DNA of 64,000 nucleotides, from NCBI GenBank assembly GCA_009914755.4, contig CP068257.2:6688001-6752000 (forward strand), given 5' to 3'. The notes below the pieces were generated by a model. That model was given only the letters and a program-made list of their open reading frames with translations. It was not told where the DNA came from and did no database searches. Below are positions 29,201 through 42,900 of this stretch, piece by piece. Position numbers and translations under genes: made by a program. How positions within the stretch are numbered: position 1 is the stretch's first letter; each line of letters starts with the position of its first letter. Source of the stretch: the human T2T-CHM13v2.0 reference genome, Homo sapiens.

Positions 29201-32200
29201 TGGAATGGAAACTAATGGAATGGAATGGAAACAACCCGAGTGGAATGGAATGGAATGGAATGGAATGGAATGGAATGGAATACAACAAAATGGAAACAAC
29301 CCGAGTGGAATGGCATGGAATGGAAAGGACTTGAATATAATGGAATGGATTGGAATCAACCCGATTAGAAACTAATGGAATTGAATGGAATGGAATGGAA
29401 TAGAATGGAATGGAATGGAATGGCATGGAATCTACCCGAGTGGAATGGAATTGAATGGAATTTAATGGAATGGAATGGAATAGAATGGTATGGAATCAAC
29501 CCGAGTGGAATGGTATAGAATGGAACGTAATGGAACGGAATGGAATGGAATAAAACAGAATGGAATGGAATGGAAACAACCCGAGTGGAATGGAATGGAA
29601 TGGAATGGAGTGGAATGGAATGGAATGGAATGGAGTGGAATGGAATGGAATAGAATGGAATGGAATAGAATGGAATGGAATGAAATGGAATAGAATGAAA
29701 TGGAAAGGAATGGAATGGAAATAACCCGAGTGGAATGGAATGGAATGGAATGGAATGGAATGGAATGGAATGGAATGGAATCAACCCGAGTTAAATGGAA
29801 TGGAATGGAATGGAACGGAATATAATGGAATGGAACGGAATCATCCCTACTGGAATGGAATGGTATGGAATGCAATGGAATGGAGTGGAACAGAACGGAA
29901 TGGAATGGAATGGAATTGATTGAAACCGAGTGGAATTGAATGGAAGGGAATGCATTGGAAAGGAATGGAAAGGATTCAACCCGAGTGGAATGTAATGGAT
30001 TGGAATGGAGTGGAATGGAATGGAATGGAATAGAATGGAATGGAATCAACACAAATGGAATGGAATGGAATGGAATGGAATGGAATAGAATGGAAAGGAA
30101 TGGAATGCAAAGGAATGGAATGGAATGGAATGAAATGGAATAAACCCGAATGGAATGGAATGGAATGGAATGGAATGGAATGGAATGGAATGGAATGGAA
30201 TGGAATGGAGTGGAATGGAATAAACACCAGTTTAATGAAATGGAATGGAATGGAATGGAATGGAATACAACAAAATGGAAACAACCCGAGTGGAATGGCA
30301 TGGAATGAAAAGGATTGAATATAATGGAATGGATTGGAATCAACCCGATTAGAAACTAATGGAATGGAATGGAATGGAATGGAATGGAATGGAATGGAAT
30401 GGAATGGAATGGAATCTAACCTAGTGGAATGGAAAGGAATGGAATTTAAAGAAATGAAATGGAATGGAATGGAACAGAATTGAATGGAATGGAATGGAAT
30501 GGAATCTACCCGAGTGAAATGGAATGGAATGGAATTTAATGGAATGGAATGGTATAGAATGTAATGGAATCAACCCCAGTGGAATGGTATAGAATGTAAT
30601 GTAATGGAATGGAATGGAATAAAATGGAATGGAATGGAAACAACCCGAGTGGAATGGAATGGAATAACCGGAGAGGAATGGAATGGAATGGAGTGGAATG
30701 GAATGGAATAGAATGGAATAGAAAGGAATGGAATAGAATGAAATTGAAAGGAATGGAATGGAAACCACCCGAGTGGAATGGAATGGAATGGAATGGAATG
30801 CAATGGAATCAACCCGAGTGGAATGGAAAGGAATGGAATGGAACGGAATATAATGGAATGGAATGGAAACATCCCGAGTGGAATGGAATGGTATGGAATG
30901 CAATTGAATGGTATGGAACAGAACGGAATGAAATGGAATGCAATAGATTGATTGCGAGTGGAATTGAATGGAATGGAATGGATTGGAATGGAATGGAAAG
31001 GATTGGAGTGGAATGGAATGGAATCAACAAGAATGGAATGGAAAGGAATGGAATGGAATGGAATGGAATGGAATGGAATGGTAAGGAACAGAATGGAAAC
31101 AACCCGAGTGGAATGGAATGGAATGGACTGTAATCCACCCGAGTGGAATGGAATGTAATGGAATTGAACGGAATATAATGGAATTGAATGGAATCATCCC
31201 GAGTCGAATGGAATGGTATCTAATGCAATGGAATGGAATGGAACAGAACGGAATGGAATGGAAAGAATAGATTGAATCCAAGTGGAATTGAATGGAATGA
31301 AATGGATTGGAAAGGAATGGAATGGATTGGAATGGAAAGGAATGGATTCAACACGAGTGGAATGTAATGGATTGGAATGGAGTGGAATGGAATAGAATGG
31401 AATCAACACGAATGGAATGGAACGGAATGGAATGGAATGGAATGGAATGCTATGGAATGAAATGGAAAGGAACGGAATAGAATCAACCCAAGTGTAATGG
31501 AATGGAAGGGAATTGAAGGGAATCAACACGAGTGGAACGGAATGGAAAGGAATGCAATGGAATGGAATGGAATGGAATGGAATGGAATGGAATGGAAGGG
31601 AATGGAATGGAACGGAAAGGAATCAACCCAAGAGGAGTGGAATGGAATAGAATGGAACCAACCCGAGTGGAATGGAATGCTATGGAATTCAATGGAATGG
31701 AGTGGAACAGAACTGAATGATATGAAATGGAATTGATTGAATCCGAGTGGAATTGAACGGAAGGGAACGGATTGGAATGGAATGGAAAGGATTCAACACG
31801 AGTGGAATGTAATGGAATGGAGTGGAGTGGAATGGAATGGTATGGAATGTAATGGAATGGAATGGAATGGAATGAAATGGAATAAACCCGAATGCAATGG
31901 AATGGATTGGAATGGAATGGAATGGAATGCAATGGAATGGAATGGAATGAAATGGAAAGGAGTGCAATGGAATAAACACCAGTGGAACGAAATGGAATGG
32001 AATGAAATGGAATGGAACGGTATGGAATGGAATGGAATGGAATGCAATGGAGTGAAATCAAACCAAGTAGAATGGAACGGAATGGAATGGAATGGAATGG
32101 AATAGAAAGGAATGGAATCAACTGGAATGGAATGAAATGGAATGGCATGGAGTGGAATGGAATGCAGTGCAATGGAATCAACAAGAGTGGAATGCAATGG

Positions 32201-32800
32201 AATGGAATGGAATGGAATGAAATGTAATGGAGTGGAATGGAATGGAATGGAATCAACCCGAGTGGAGTGGAATAAAATGGAATGGAATGGAATGGAATCA
32301 ACCTGAGTGGAACGGAATGGAATGGAATGGAACGGAGTGGAATGGTATCAACCAGAGTGGACTGGAATGGAATGGAATGGAATAGAATGGAACGGAATGG
32401 AATGGAATGGAATGGAATGGAAACTACTGGAATGGAATGGAGACAACCCGAGTGGAATAGAATGCAATGGAATGGAATGGAGTGGAATGGAATGGAATGG
32501 AATGGAATCAACCCGACTGGAATGGAATGGAATGGAAAGGAATGAAAGGAATGCAATGGAATGGAATGGTATGGAATGCAATGGGAAGGAATTGAATGGA
32601 ATGGAACGGAATGGAACGGAACGGAGTGGAATCGAATGGACCCCAATGGAATGGAATGGAATGGAATGGATTGGAATGGAATGGAACCGAATTAACACGA
32701 GTGGAATGGAATGTAATGGAATGGAGCGGAATGGAGTGGAAAGGAATGGAATGGAATGGAATGGAATGGAATGGAATCAACCCGAGTGGAATGGAATGGA
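26230..32800 (+). repeat. HOR-A penultimate copy. A ~6.57 kb block is nearly identical to 33230-39800 at an offset of 7000-7010 bp, with a ~430 bp junction at 32800-33230 between them.
   Basis: Long identical ORF pairs: 27714..28736(-) vs the body of 34724..36124(-); 27766..28089 vs 34776..35099; 28091..28324 vs 35101..35334; 28111..28554 vs 35121..35564; 29160..29375 vs 36170..36385; 30609..31133 vs 37619..38143; 31483..32646(-) vs 38533..39651(-); 31737..32105 vs 38742..39110; 32282..32545 vs 39287..39550. The offset is 7010 early and 7005 late. Confidence 0.85.
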
Positions 32801-33229
32801 ATGGAACGCAATGGAATGGAATGGTATGGAATCAACCCTAGTGGAATGGTATGGAATGGAATGGAACGGAACGGAATGGAATGGAATCAACCCGAATGGA
32901 ATGGAACGGAGTGCAGTGGAATGGTACGGAATGGAATGGAATGGAAAGGAATCAACCCGAAGGGTTTGGAATGGAATGGAATGGAATGGAATGGAATGGA
33001 ATGGAATAACATGCAATCAACTTTGGTGGAATGGTATAGAATGGAATAACATACAATCAACTTTGGTGGAATGGTATGGAATGGAATGGAATGGAATAAA
33101 AGGGCATGGAATGGAATGGAATCAACGCGAATGGAATGGAACGGAATGGAGTGGAATGGTATGGAATGGAATGGAATGGAAAGGAATCAACCTGAAATGT
33201 ATGGAATGGAATGGAATGGAATGGAATGG

Positions 33230-36200
33230 AATGGAATGGAATGGAATGGAATGCAATGGAATCAACTGGAATGGAATGGAATGGAATGGAATGGAACGGA
33301 ATGGAATGGAAACTACTGGAATGGAATGGAAACAACCCGAGTGGAATGGAATGCAATGAATGGAATGGAGTGGAATGGAATGGAATGGAATGGAATCAAC
33401 ACGAGTGTACTGCAACGGAATGAAATGGAATGGAATGGAATGGAATGGAATGGAATGGAATGGAACGGAATGGAACAGAACGGAATTGAATGGAATGGAA
33501 TCAACCCAAGTGGAAAGGAATGGAATGGAATGGAATGGAAGGAATGGAATGGAATGGAATGGAATAGCATGCAATCAACTTTGGTGGAATGGTATGGAAT
33601 GGTATGGTATGGAGTGGAATGGAATGGAATGGTATGGAATGGAATGGAATAAAAGGGCATGGAATGGAATGGAATTAACCCGAGAGGAATGGAATGGAAT
33701 GGAATGGAATGGAATGGAAGGAATGGAAATGAATCAAACCGAGTGGAATGGAATAGAATGGAATGGAATGGAATGGAAACAATGCAATGCAATTGTATCA
33801 ACGGGAATGGAATGCATTGGAATGGAATGGAATGGAATCACCCTGAGTGGATAGGAATGGAATGGAAGGGAATGGAAAGGAATGGAATGGAATGGAAACT
33901 AATGGAATGGAATGGAAACAACCCGAGTGGAATGGAATGGAATGGAATGGAATGGAATGGAATGGAATGGAATGAAATGGAATGGAATGGAATACAACAA
34001 AATGGAAACAACCCGAGTGGAATGGCATGGAATGGAAAGGACTTGAATATAATGGAATGGATTGGAATCAACCCGATTACAAACTAATGGAAAGCAATGG
34101 AATGGAATGGAATGGAATGGAATGGAATTTACCCGAGTGGAATGGAATGTAACGAAATTAAATGGAATGGAATGGAATGGAATGGAATGGAATACTACAA
34201 AATGGCAACAATCCGAGTGGAATGGCATGGAATGGAAACGACCTGAATATAATGGAATGGATTGGAATCAACCCGATTAGAAACTAATGGAATGGAATGG
34301 AATGGAATGGAAACTACCCGAGTGGAATGGAATGTAATGGAATGGAGTGGAATGGAATGGAATGGAATGGAATGGAATGGAATGGAATGGAACAGAATCG
34401 AATCCAATGGAATCAACTGGAATGGAATGGAATGCAATGGAATGGAATGGAATGGAATGGAATGGAATGGGATCAATCCGGGTGGAATGGAATAGAATAT
34501 AATGATGTGGAATGGAATGGAAGGGAGTGGAATGGAGTTGAATGGAATGGAATGGAATGGAATCAACCCGAATGGAATGGAACGGAATGGAATGGAATGG
34601 AATGGAATGGAATGGAATGGAATGGAATGGAGTCCACCCGAGGTGAATGGAATGGAATGGAATGGAACGGAATATAATGGAATGGAACGGAATCATCCCG
34701 AGTGGAATGGAATGGTATGGAATTCAATAGAATGGAATGGAACAGAACGGAATGAAATGGAATGGAATAGATTGAATGCGAGTGGAATTGAATGGAATGG
34801 AACGGATTGGAATGGAATGGAATGGACTGGAGTGGAATGGAATGGAATCAACACGAATGGGATGGAACGGAATGGAATGGAATGGAAAGGAACGGAATGG
34901 AATCAACCCGAGTGGAATGGAATGGAATGGAATGGAATCCACCCGAGTGGAATGGAATCGAATGGAATGCAATGGAATTGAACGGAATATAATGGAATTA
35001 AAAGGAATCATCCCGAGTGGAATGGAATGGAATCTAATGCAATGGTATCTAATGCAATGGAATGGAATGAAACAGAACGGAAAGGAATGGAAAGAATAGA
35101 TTGAATCCAAGTGGAATTGAATGGAATGGAATGGATTGGAAAGGAATGGAATGGATTGGAATGGATTGGAATGGAAAGGAATGTATTCAACCATTGTGGA
35201 ATGTAATGGATTGGAATGGAATGGAATGGAATGGAATGGAATGGAATGGAATGCAATGGAATCAACACGAATGGAATGGAACGGAATGGAATGGAATGGA
35301 ATGGTATGGAATGAAATGGAAAGGAACGGAATAGAATCAACCAAAGTGGAATGGAATGGAATGGAATGGAAGGGAATCAACACGAGTGGAATGGAGTGGA
35401 AAGGAATGCAATGGAATGGAAAGGAATGGAATGGAATGGAAAGGAATGGAATGGAATGGAATGGAATGGAATGGAATGGAATCAACTCGAGTGGAGTAGA
35501 ATGGAATGGAATGGAATCAACCCCAGTGGAATGGAATGGAATCGAATGGAATGGAATGGAATAAAAGGGCATGGAATAGAACGGAATCAACCTGAATGGA
35601 AAGGAACGGAATGGAGTGGAATGGTATGGAATGGAATGGAAACTACTGGAATGGAATGGAAACAACCCGAGTGGAATGGAATGCAATGGAATGGAATGGA
35701 GGGGAATGGATTGGAATGGAATGGAATCAGCACGAGTGGACTGCAACGGAATGAAATGGAATGGAATGGAATGGAATGGAATGGAATGGAACGGAACGGA
35801 ACGGAACGGAATTGAATGGAATGGAATCAACCCAAGGGGAAAGGAATGGAATGGAATGGAATGGAATGGAATGGAATGGAATGGAATGGAAGAGTATGCA
35901 ATCAAATTTGGTGGAATGGTATGGAATGGTATGGAATGGAATGGAATGGAATGGTATGGAATGGAATGGAATAAAAGGGCATGGAATGGAATGAAATCAA
36001 CCCGACAGGAATGGAAAGGAATGGAATGGAATGGAATGGAATGGAATGGAATGGAATGGAAATGAATCAAACCGAGTGGAATGGAACGGAATGGCATGGA
36101 AACAATGCAATGCAATGGTATCAACGGGAATGGAATGCATTGGAATGGAATGGAATGGAATCATCCTGAGTGGATAGGATTGGAATGAAAGGGAATGGAA

Positions 36201-39200
36201 AGGAATGGAATGGAATGGAAACTAATGGAATGGAATGGAAACAACCCGAGTGGAATGGAATGGAATGGAATGGAATGGAATGGAATGGAATACAACAAAA
36301 TGGAAACAACCCGAGTGGAATGGCATGGAATGGAAAGGACTTGAATATAATGGAATGGATTGGAATCAACCCGATTAGAAACTAATGGAATTGAATGGAA
36401 TGGAATGGAATAGAATGGAATGGAATGGAATGGCATGGAATCTACCCGAGTGGAATGGAATTGAATGGAATTTAATGGAATGGAATGGAATAGAATGGTA
36501 TGGAATCAACCCGAGTGGAATGGTATAGAATGGAACGTAATGGAACGGAATGGAATGGAATAAAACAGAATGGAATGGAATGGAAACAACCCGAGTGGGA
36601 TGGAATGGAATGGAATGGAGTGGAATGGAATGGAATGGAATGGAGTGGAATGGAATGGAATAGAATGGAATGGAATAGAATGGAATGGAATGAAATGGAA
36701 TAGAATGAAATGGAAAGGAATGGAATGGAAATAACCCGAGTGGAATGGAATGGAATGGAATGGAATGGAATGGAATGGAATGGAATGGAATGGAATCAAC
36801 CCAAGTTAAATGGAATGGAATGGAATGGAACGGAATATAATGGAATGGAACGGAATCATCCCTACTGGAATGGAATGGTATGGAATGCAATGGAATGGAG
36901 TGGAACAGAACGGAATGGAATGGAATGGAATTGATTGAAACCGAGTGGAATTGAATGGAAGGGAATGCATTGGAAAGGAATGGAAAGGATTCAACCCGAG
37001 TGGAATGTAATGGATTGGAATGGAGTGGAATGGAATGGAATGGAATAGAATGGAATGGAATCAACACAAATGGAATGGAATGGAATGTAATGGAATGGAA
37101 TAGAATGGAAAGGAATGGAATGCAAAGGAATGGAATGGAATGGAATGAAATGGAATAAACCCGAATGGAATGGAATGGAATGGAATGGAATGGAATGGAA
37201 TGGAATGGAATGGAATGGAGTGGAATGGAATAAACACCAGTTTAATGAAATGGAATGGAATGGAATGGAATGGAATGGAATGGAATACAACAAAATGGAA
37301 ACAACCCGAGTGGAATGGCATGGAATGAAAAGGATTGAATATAATGGAATGGATTGGAATCAACCCGATTAGAAACTAATGGAATGGAATGGAATGGAAT
37401 GGAATGGAATGGAATGGAATGGAATCTAACCTAGTGGAATGGAAAGGAATGGAATTTAAAGAAATGAAATGGAATGGAATGGAACAGAATTGAATGGAAT
37501 GGAATGGAATGGAATCTACCCGAGTGAAATGGAATGGAATGGAATTTAATGGAATGGAATGGTATAGAATGTAATGGAATCAACCCCAGTGGAATGGTAT
37601 AGAATGTAATGTAATGGAATGGAATGGAATAAAATGGAATGGAATGGAAACAACCCGAGTGGAATGGAATGGAATAACCGGAGAGGAATGGAATGGAATG
37701 GAGTGGAATGGAATGGAATAGAATGGAATAGAAAGGAATGGAATAGAATGAAATTGAAAAGAATGGAATGGAAACCACCCGAGTGGCATGGAATGGAATG
37801 GAATGGAATGCAATGGAATCAACCCGAGTGGAATGGAAAGGAATGGAATGGAACGGAATATAATGGAATGGAATGGAAACATCCCGAGTGGAATGGAATG
37901 GTATGGAATGCAATTGAATGGTATGGAACAGAACGGAATGAAATGGAATGCAATAGATTGATTGCGAGTGGAATTGAATGGAATGGAATGGATTGGAATG
38001 GAATGGAAAGGATTGGAGTGGAATGGAATGGAATCAACAAGAATGGAATGGAAAGGAATGGAAAGGAATGGAATGGAATGGAATGGAATGGTAAGGAACA
38101 GAATGGAAACAACCCGAGTGGAATGGAATGGAATGGACTGTAATCCACCCGAGTGGAATGGAATGTAATGGAATTGAACGGAATATAATGGAATTGAATG
38201 GAATCATCCCGAGTCGAATGGAATGGTATCTAATGCAATGGAATGGAATGGAACAGAACGGAATGGAATGGAAAGAATAGATTGAATCCAAGTGGAATTG
38301 AATGGAATGAAATGGATTGGAAAGGAATGGAATGGATTGGAATGGAAAGGAATGGATTCAACACGAGTGGAATGTAATGGATTGGAATGGAGTGGAATGG
38401 AATAGAATGGAATCAACACGAATGGAATGGAACGGAATGGAATGGAATGGAATGGAATGCTATGGAATGAAATGGAAAGGAACGGAATAGAATCAACCCA
38501 AGTGTAATGGAATGGAAGGGAATTGAAGGGAATCAACACGAGTGGAACGGAATGGAAAGGAATGCAATGGAATGGAATGGAATGGAATGGAATGGAATGG
38601 AAGGGAATGGAATGGAACGGAAAGGAATCAACCCGAGAGGAGTGGAATGGAATAGAATGGAACCAACCCGAGTGGAATGGAATGCTATGGAATTCAATGG
38701 AATGGAGTGGAACAGAACTGAATGATATGAAATGGAATTGATTGAATCCGAGTGGAATTGAACGGAAGGGAACGGATTGGAATGGAATGGAAAGGATTCA
38801 ACACGAGTGGAATGTAATGGAATGGAGTGGAGTGGAATGGAATGGTATGGAATGTAATGGAATGGAATGGAATGGAATGAAATGGAATAAACCCGAATGC
38901 AATGGAATGGATTGGAATGGAATGGAATGGAATGCAATGGAATGGAATGGAATGAAATGGAAAGGAGTGCAATGGAATAAACACCAGTGGAACGAAATGG
39001 AATGGAATGAAATGGAATGGAACGGTATGGAATGGAATGGAATGGAATGCAATGGAGTGAAATCAAACCAAGTAGAATGGAACGGAATGGAATGGAATGG
39101 AATGGAATAGAAAGGAATGGAATCAACTGGAATGGAATGAAATGGAATGGCATGGAGTGGAATGGAATGCAGTGCAATGGAATCAACAAGAGTGGAATGC

Positions 39201-39800
39201 AATGGAATGGAATGGAATGGAATGAAATGTAATGGAGTGGAATGGAATGGAATGGAATCAACCCGAGTGGAGTGGAATAAAATGGAATGGAATGGAATGG
39301 AATCAACCTGAGTGGAACGGAATGGAATGGAATGGAACGGAGTGGAATGGTATCAACCAGAGTGGACTGGAATGGAATGGAATGGAATAGAATGGAACGG
39401 AATGGAATGGAATGGAATGGAATGGAAACTACTGGAATGGAATGGAGACAACCCGAGTGGAATAGAATGCAATGGAATGGAATGGAGTGGAATGGAATGG
39501 AATGGAATGGAATCAACCCGACTGGAATGGAATGGAATGGAAAGGAATGAAAGGAATGCAATGGAATGGAATGGTATGGAATGCAATGGGAAGGAATTGA
39601 ATGGAATGGAACGGAATGGAACGGAACGGAGTGGAATCGAATGGACCCCAATGGAATGGAATGGAATGGAATGGATTGGAATGGAATGGAACCGAATTAA
39701 CACGAGTGGAATGGAATGTAATGGAATGGAGCGGAATGGAGTGGAAAGGAATGGAATGGAATGGAATGGAATGGAATGGAATAACATGCAATCAATCAAC
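33230..39800 (+). repeat. HOR-A last copy, truncated at ~39.8 kb where the HOR-B family begins.
   Basis: Same evidence as the 26230-32800 entry. At 39781, ATAACATGCAATCAATCAACTTTGGTGCAATGGTATGTAATGG corresponds to 33001, after which the sequence no longer follows HOR-A. Confidence 0.85.
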
Positions 39801-39974
39801 TTTGGTGCAATGGTATGTAATGGAATGGAATGGAATGGAATGGAATGGAATGGAATGGAATGGAATAAAACGGCATGGAATGAAACAGAATCAACGTGAA
39901 TGGAGTGAAACGGAATGGATTGTAATTGTATGGAATGGAATGGAATGGGAAGGAATCAACAAGAATGGAATGGA

Positions 39975-42900
39975 ATGGAATGGAATGGAATGGAACGGAA
40001 TGGAAGCAACCGGAGTGGAATGAAATGGAATGGAATTGAAAGGAATGGAATGGAATGGAATGGAATGGAATGGAATGGAACGGACCGGAACCGAATGGAA
40101 TTGAATGGAATGGAATCAACCCAAGTGGAAAGGAATGGAATGGAATGGAATGGAATGGAATGGAATGGAATGGAATGGAATGGAATAGCATGCAATCAAC
40201 TTTGGTGGAATGGTATGGAATGGAATGGAATGGAATGGAATGGAATGGAATGGAATGGAATAAAAGGGCATGGCATGGAATGGAACCATTCCGAGGGGAA
40301 TGGTATGGAATGGAATGGAATGGATTGTAATGGAATGGAATAGAAATGAATCAAACCGTGTGGAATTTAATGTAATATAATGTAATGGAAAGGAATGGGA
40401 ACAATGCAATGCAATGGTATCAACTGGAATGGAATGCATTGGAATGGAATGGAATGGAATGGAATCACCCTGAGTGGAAAGGAATAGAATGGAATGGAAA
40501 GGAATGGAATGGAATCAAAACTAATGGAACGGAATGGAAACAACCCGAGTGGAATGGAATGCAATGGAATGGAATGGAATGGAATGCAATGGAATGGAAT
40601 GGAATGGAATGCAGTGGAATGGAATGGAATGGAATGGAATGGAATGGAATGGAATGGAATGGAATACAACAAAATGGAAACAACCCGAGTGGAATGGCAT
40701 GGAATGGAAAGCACTTGAATATAATGGAATGGATTGGAATCAACCCGATTAGAAAATAATGGAATGGAATGGAATGGAATGGAATGGAATGGAATGGAAT
40801 GGAATCTAACCAAGTGGAATGGAAAGGAATGGAATTTAATGGAATGAAATGGAATGGAATGGAACGGAATTGAATATAATGGAATGGAATGGAATCTACC
40901 CGAGTGGAATGGAATGGAATGGAATTTAATGGAATGGAATGGAATAGAATGTAATGGAATCAACCCGAGTGGAATGGTATAGAATGTAATGGAATGCAAT
41001 GGAATGAAATAAAATGGAATGGAATGGAATGGCATGGAAACAACCCGAGTGGAATGGAATGGAATAACCGGAGAGGAATGCAATGGAATGGAGTGGAATG
41101 GAATGGAATAGAATGGAATGGAATGGAATGGAATGGAATGGAATAGAATGAAATTGAAAGTAATGGAATGGAAAACACCCGAGTGGAATGGAATGGAATG
41201 GAATGGAATTTAATGGAATGGAATGGAATGGAATCAACCCGAGTGGAATGGAAAGGAATGGAATGGATCGGAATATAATGGAATGGAATGGAATCAACCC
41301 GAGAGGAACGGAATGAAATGGAATGGAATGGAATGGAATGGAATGGAATGGAATGGAATGGAAATCAGTCAAACCGAGTGGAATGGAATGGAATGGAATG
41401 GAATGGAATGAAATGGAAACAGTGCAAAGCAATGCTATCAAAGGGAATGGAATGCATTGGAATGGAATGGAATGGAATCACCCTGAGTAGAAAGGAATGG
41501 AATGGAATGGAATGGAAAGGATGGAATGGAATGGAAACTAATGGAACGGAATGGAAACAACCCGAGTGGAAGGGAATGTAATGGAATGCAATGGAATGGA
41601 ATGGAATGGAATACAACAAAATGGAAACAACCCGAGTGGAATGGCATGGAATGGAAAGGACTTGAATATAATGAAATGGATTGGAATCAACCCGATTAGA
41701 AACTAATGGAATGGAATGGAATGGAATGGAATGGAATGGAATGGAATGGAATGGAATGGAATCTACACAAGTGGAATGGAATGTAATGGAATTAAATGGA
41801 ATGGAATAGAATGGAATGGAATGGAACGGAGTGGAATGGAATGGAATGGAACGGAATCTACCCGAGTGGAATGGAATGGAATGGGATTTAATGGAATGGA
41901 ATGGAATAGAATGGTATGGAATCAACCCGAGTGGAATGGTAAAGAATGCAAAGTAATGTAAAGTAATGGAATGGAATAAAATGGAATGGAATGGAATGGA
42001 AACAACCCGAGTGGAGTGGACTGGAATGGAATGGAATGGAATGGAATAACCGGAGAGGAATTGAATAGAATGCAGTGTAATGGAATGGAATACAACGGAA
42101 TGGAATGGAATAGAATGAAATGGAAAGGAATGGAATAGAAACAACCCGAGTGGAATGGAATGGAATGGAATCCACCCGAGTGGAATGGAATGCAATGGAA
42201 TTGAACGGAATATAATGGAATTGAAGGGAATCATCCCGAGTGGAATGGAATAGTATTTAATGCAATGGAATGGAAAGGAACAGAACGGAATGGAATGGAA
42301 AGAATAGATTGAATCCAAGTGGATTTGAATGGAATGAAATTGATTGGAAAGGAATGGAATGGATTCTAATGGAAAGGAGTGGATTCAACCCGAGGGAATG
42401 TAATGGATTGGAATGGAGTGGAATGGAATGGAATGTAATCAACACGAATGGAATGGAACGGAATGGAATGGAATGGAATGGAATGCTATGGAATGAAATA
42501 GAAAGGAACGGAATAGAATCAACCCAAATGGAATGGAATGGAATGGAAGGGAATCAACACGTGTGGAATGGAATGGAAAGGAATGCAAAGGAATGGAATG
42601 GAATGGAATGCAATGGAATGGAATGGAATGGAATGGAATGGAATCAACCCGAGTGGAGGGGAATGGAATGGAATGGAATCAACAAGAGTGGAGTGGAATA
42701 AAATGGAATGGAATGGGATGGAATCAACCTGAGTGGAACGGAATGGAATGGAATGGAACGGAATGGAATGGTATCAACCAGAGTGGACTGGAATGGAATG
42801 GAATGGAATGGAATGGAATGGAATGGAATGGAATGGAACAGAATCAACCTGAGTCAAATAGAATGGAATGGAATGGAATGGAATGCAATGGAATGGAAAC

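Larger units (their letters stand above)
5500..39800 (+). repeat. Mosaic higher-order repeat (HOR family A). Its period drifts from ~7.0 to 7.6 kb, with a 4.5 kb offset near its start, over at least 4-5 iterations. Copies share long near-identical modules but differ by module deletions or insertions.
   Basis: Identical or near-identical ORF-track peptides recur at fixed offsets. 5531->10061 is 4530 bp; 10061->17610 is 7549; 17610->24748 is 7138. 12517->20000 is 7483; 20000->27252 is 7252; 27252->34262 is 7010. The peptide MEGNALERNGKDSTRVECNGLEWSGMEWNG sits at 15135, 29940 and 36955. The paired marker ..CCGATTA(C/G)AAACTAATGG.. lies ~220-240 bp apart at 12291/12531, 19801/20021, 27061/27271 and 34071/34281. 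The module at 9338-9716 recurs at 24070-24448 (2 periods) but is missing from the intervening copy, which is the evidence for a mosaic. Confidence 0.75.

Noticed and set aside
40281-40300. A local ATTCC-orientation segment (GGAACCATTCCGAGGGGAATGG, also at 45836) that could signal a strand switch or inversion
   Set aside because: It is only a single-pentamer variant present identically in both HOR-B copies. The flanking sequence stays in GGAAT orientation, and no + strand ORF shows the IPFHS signature anywhere in the window.
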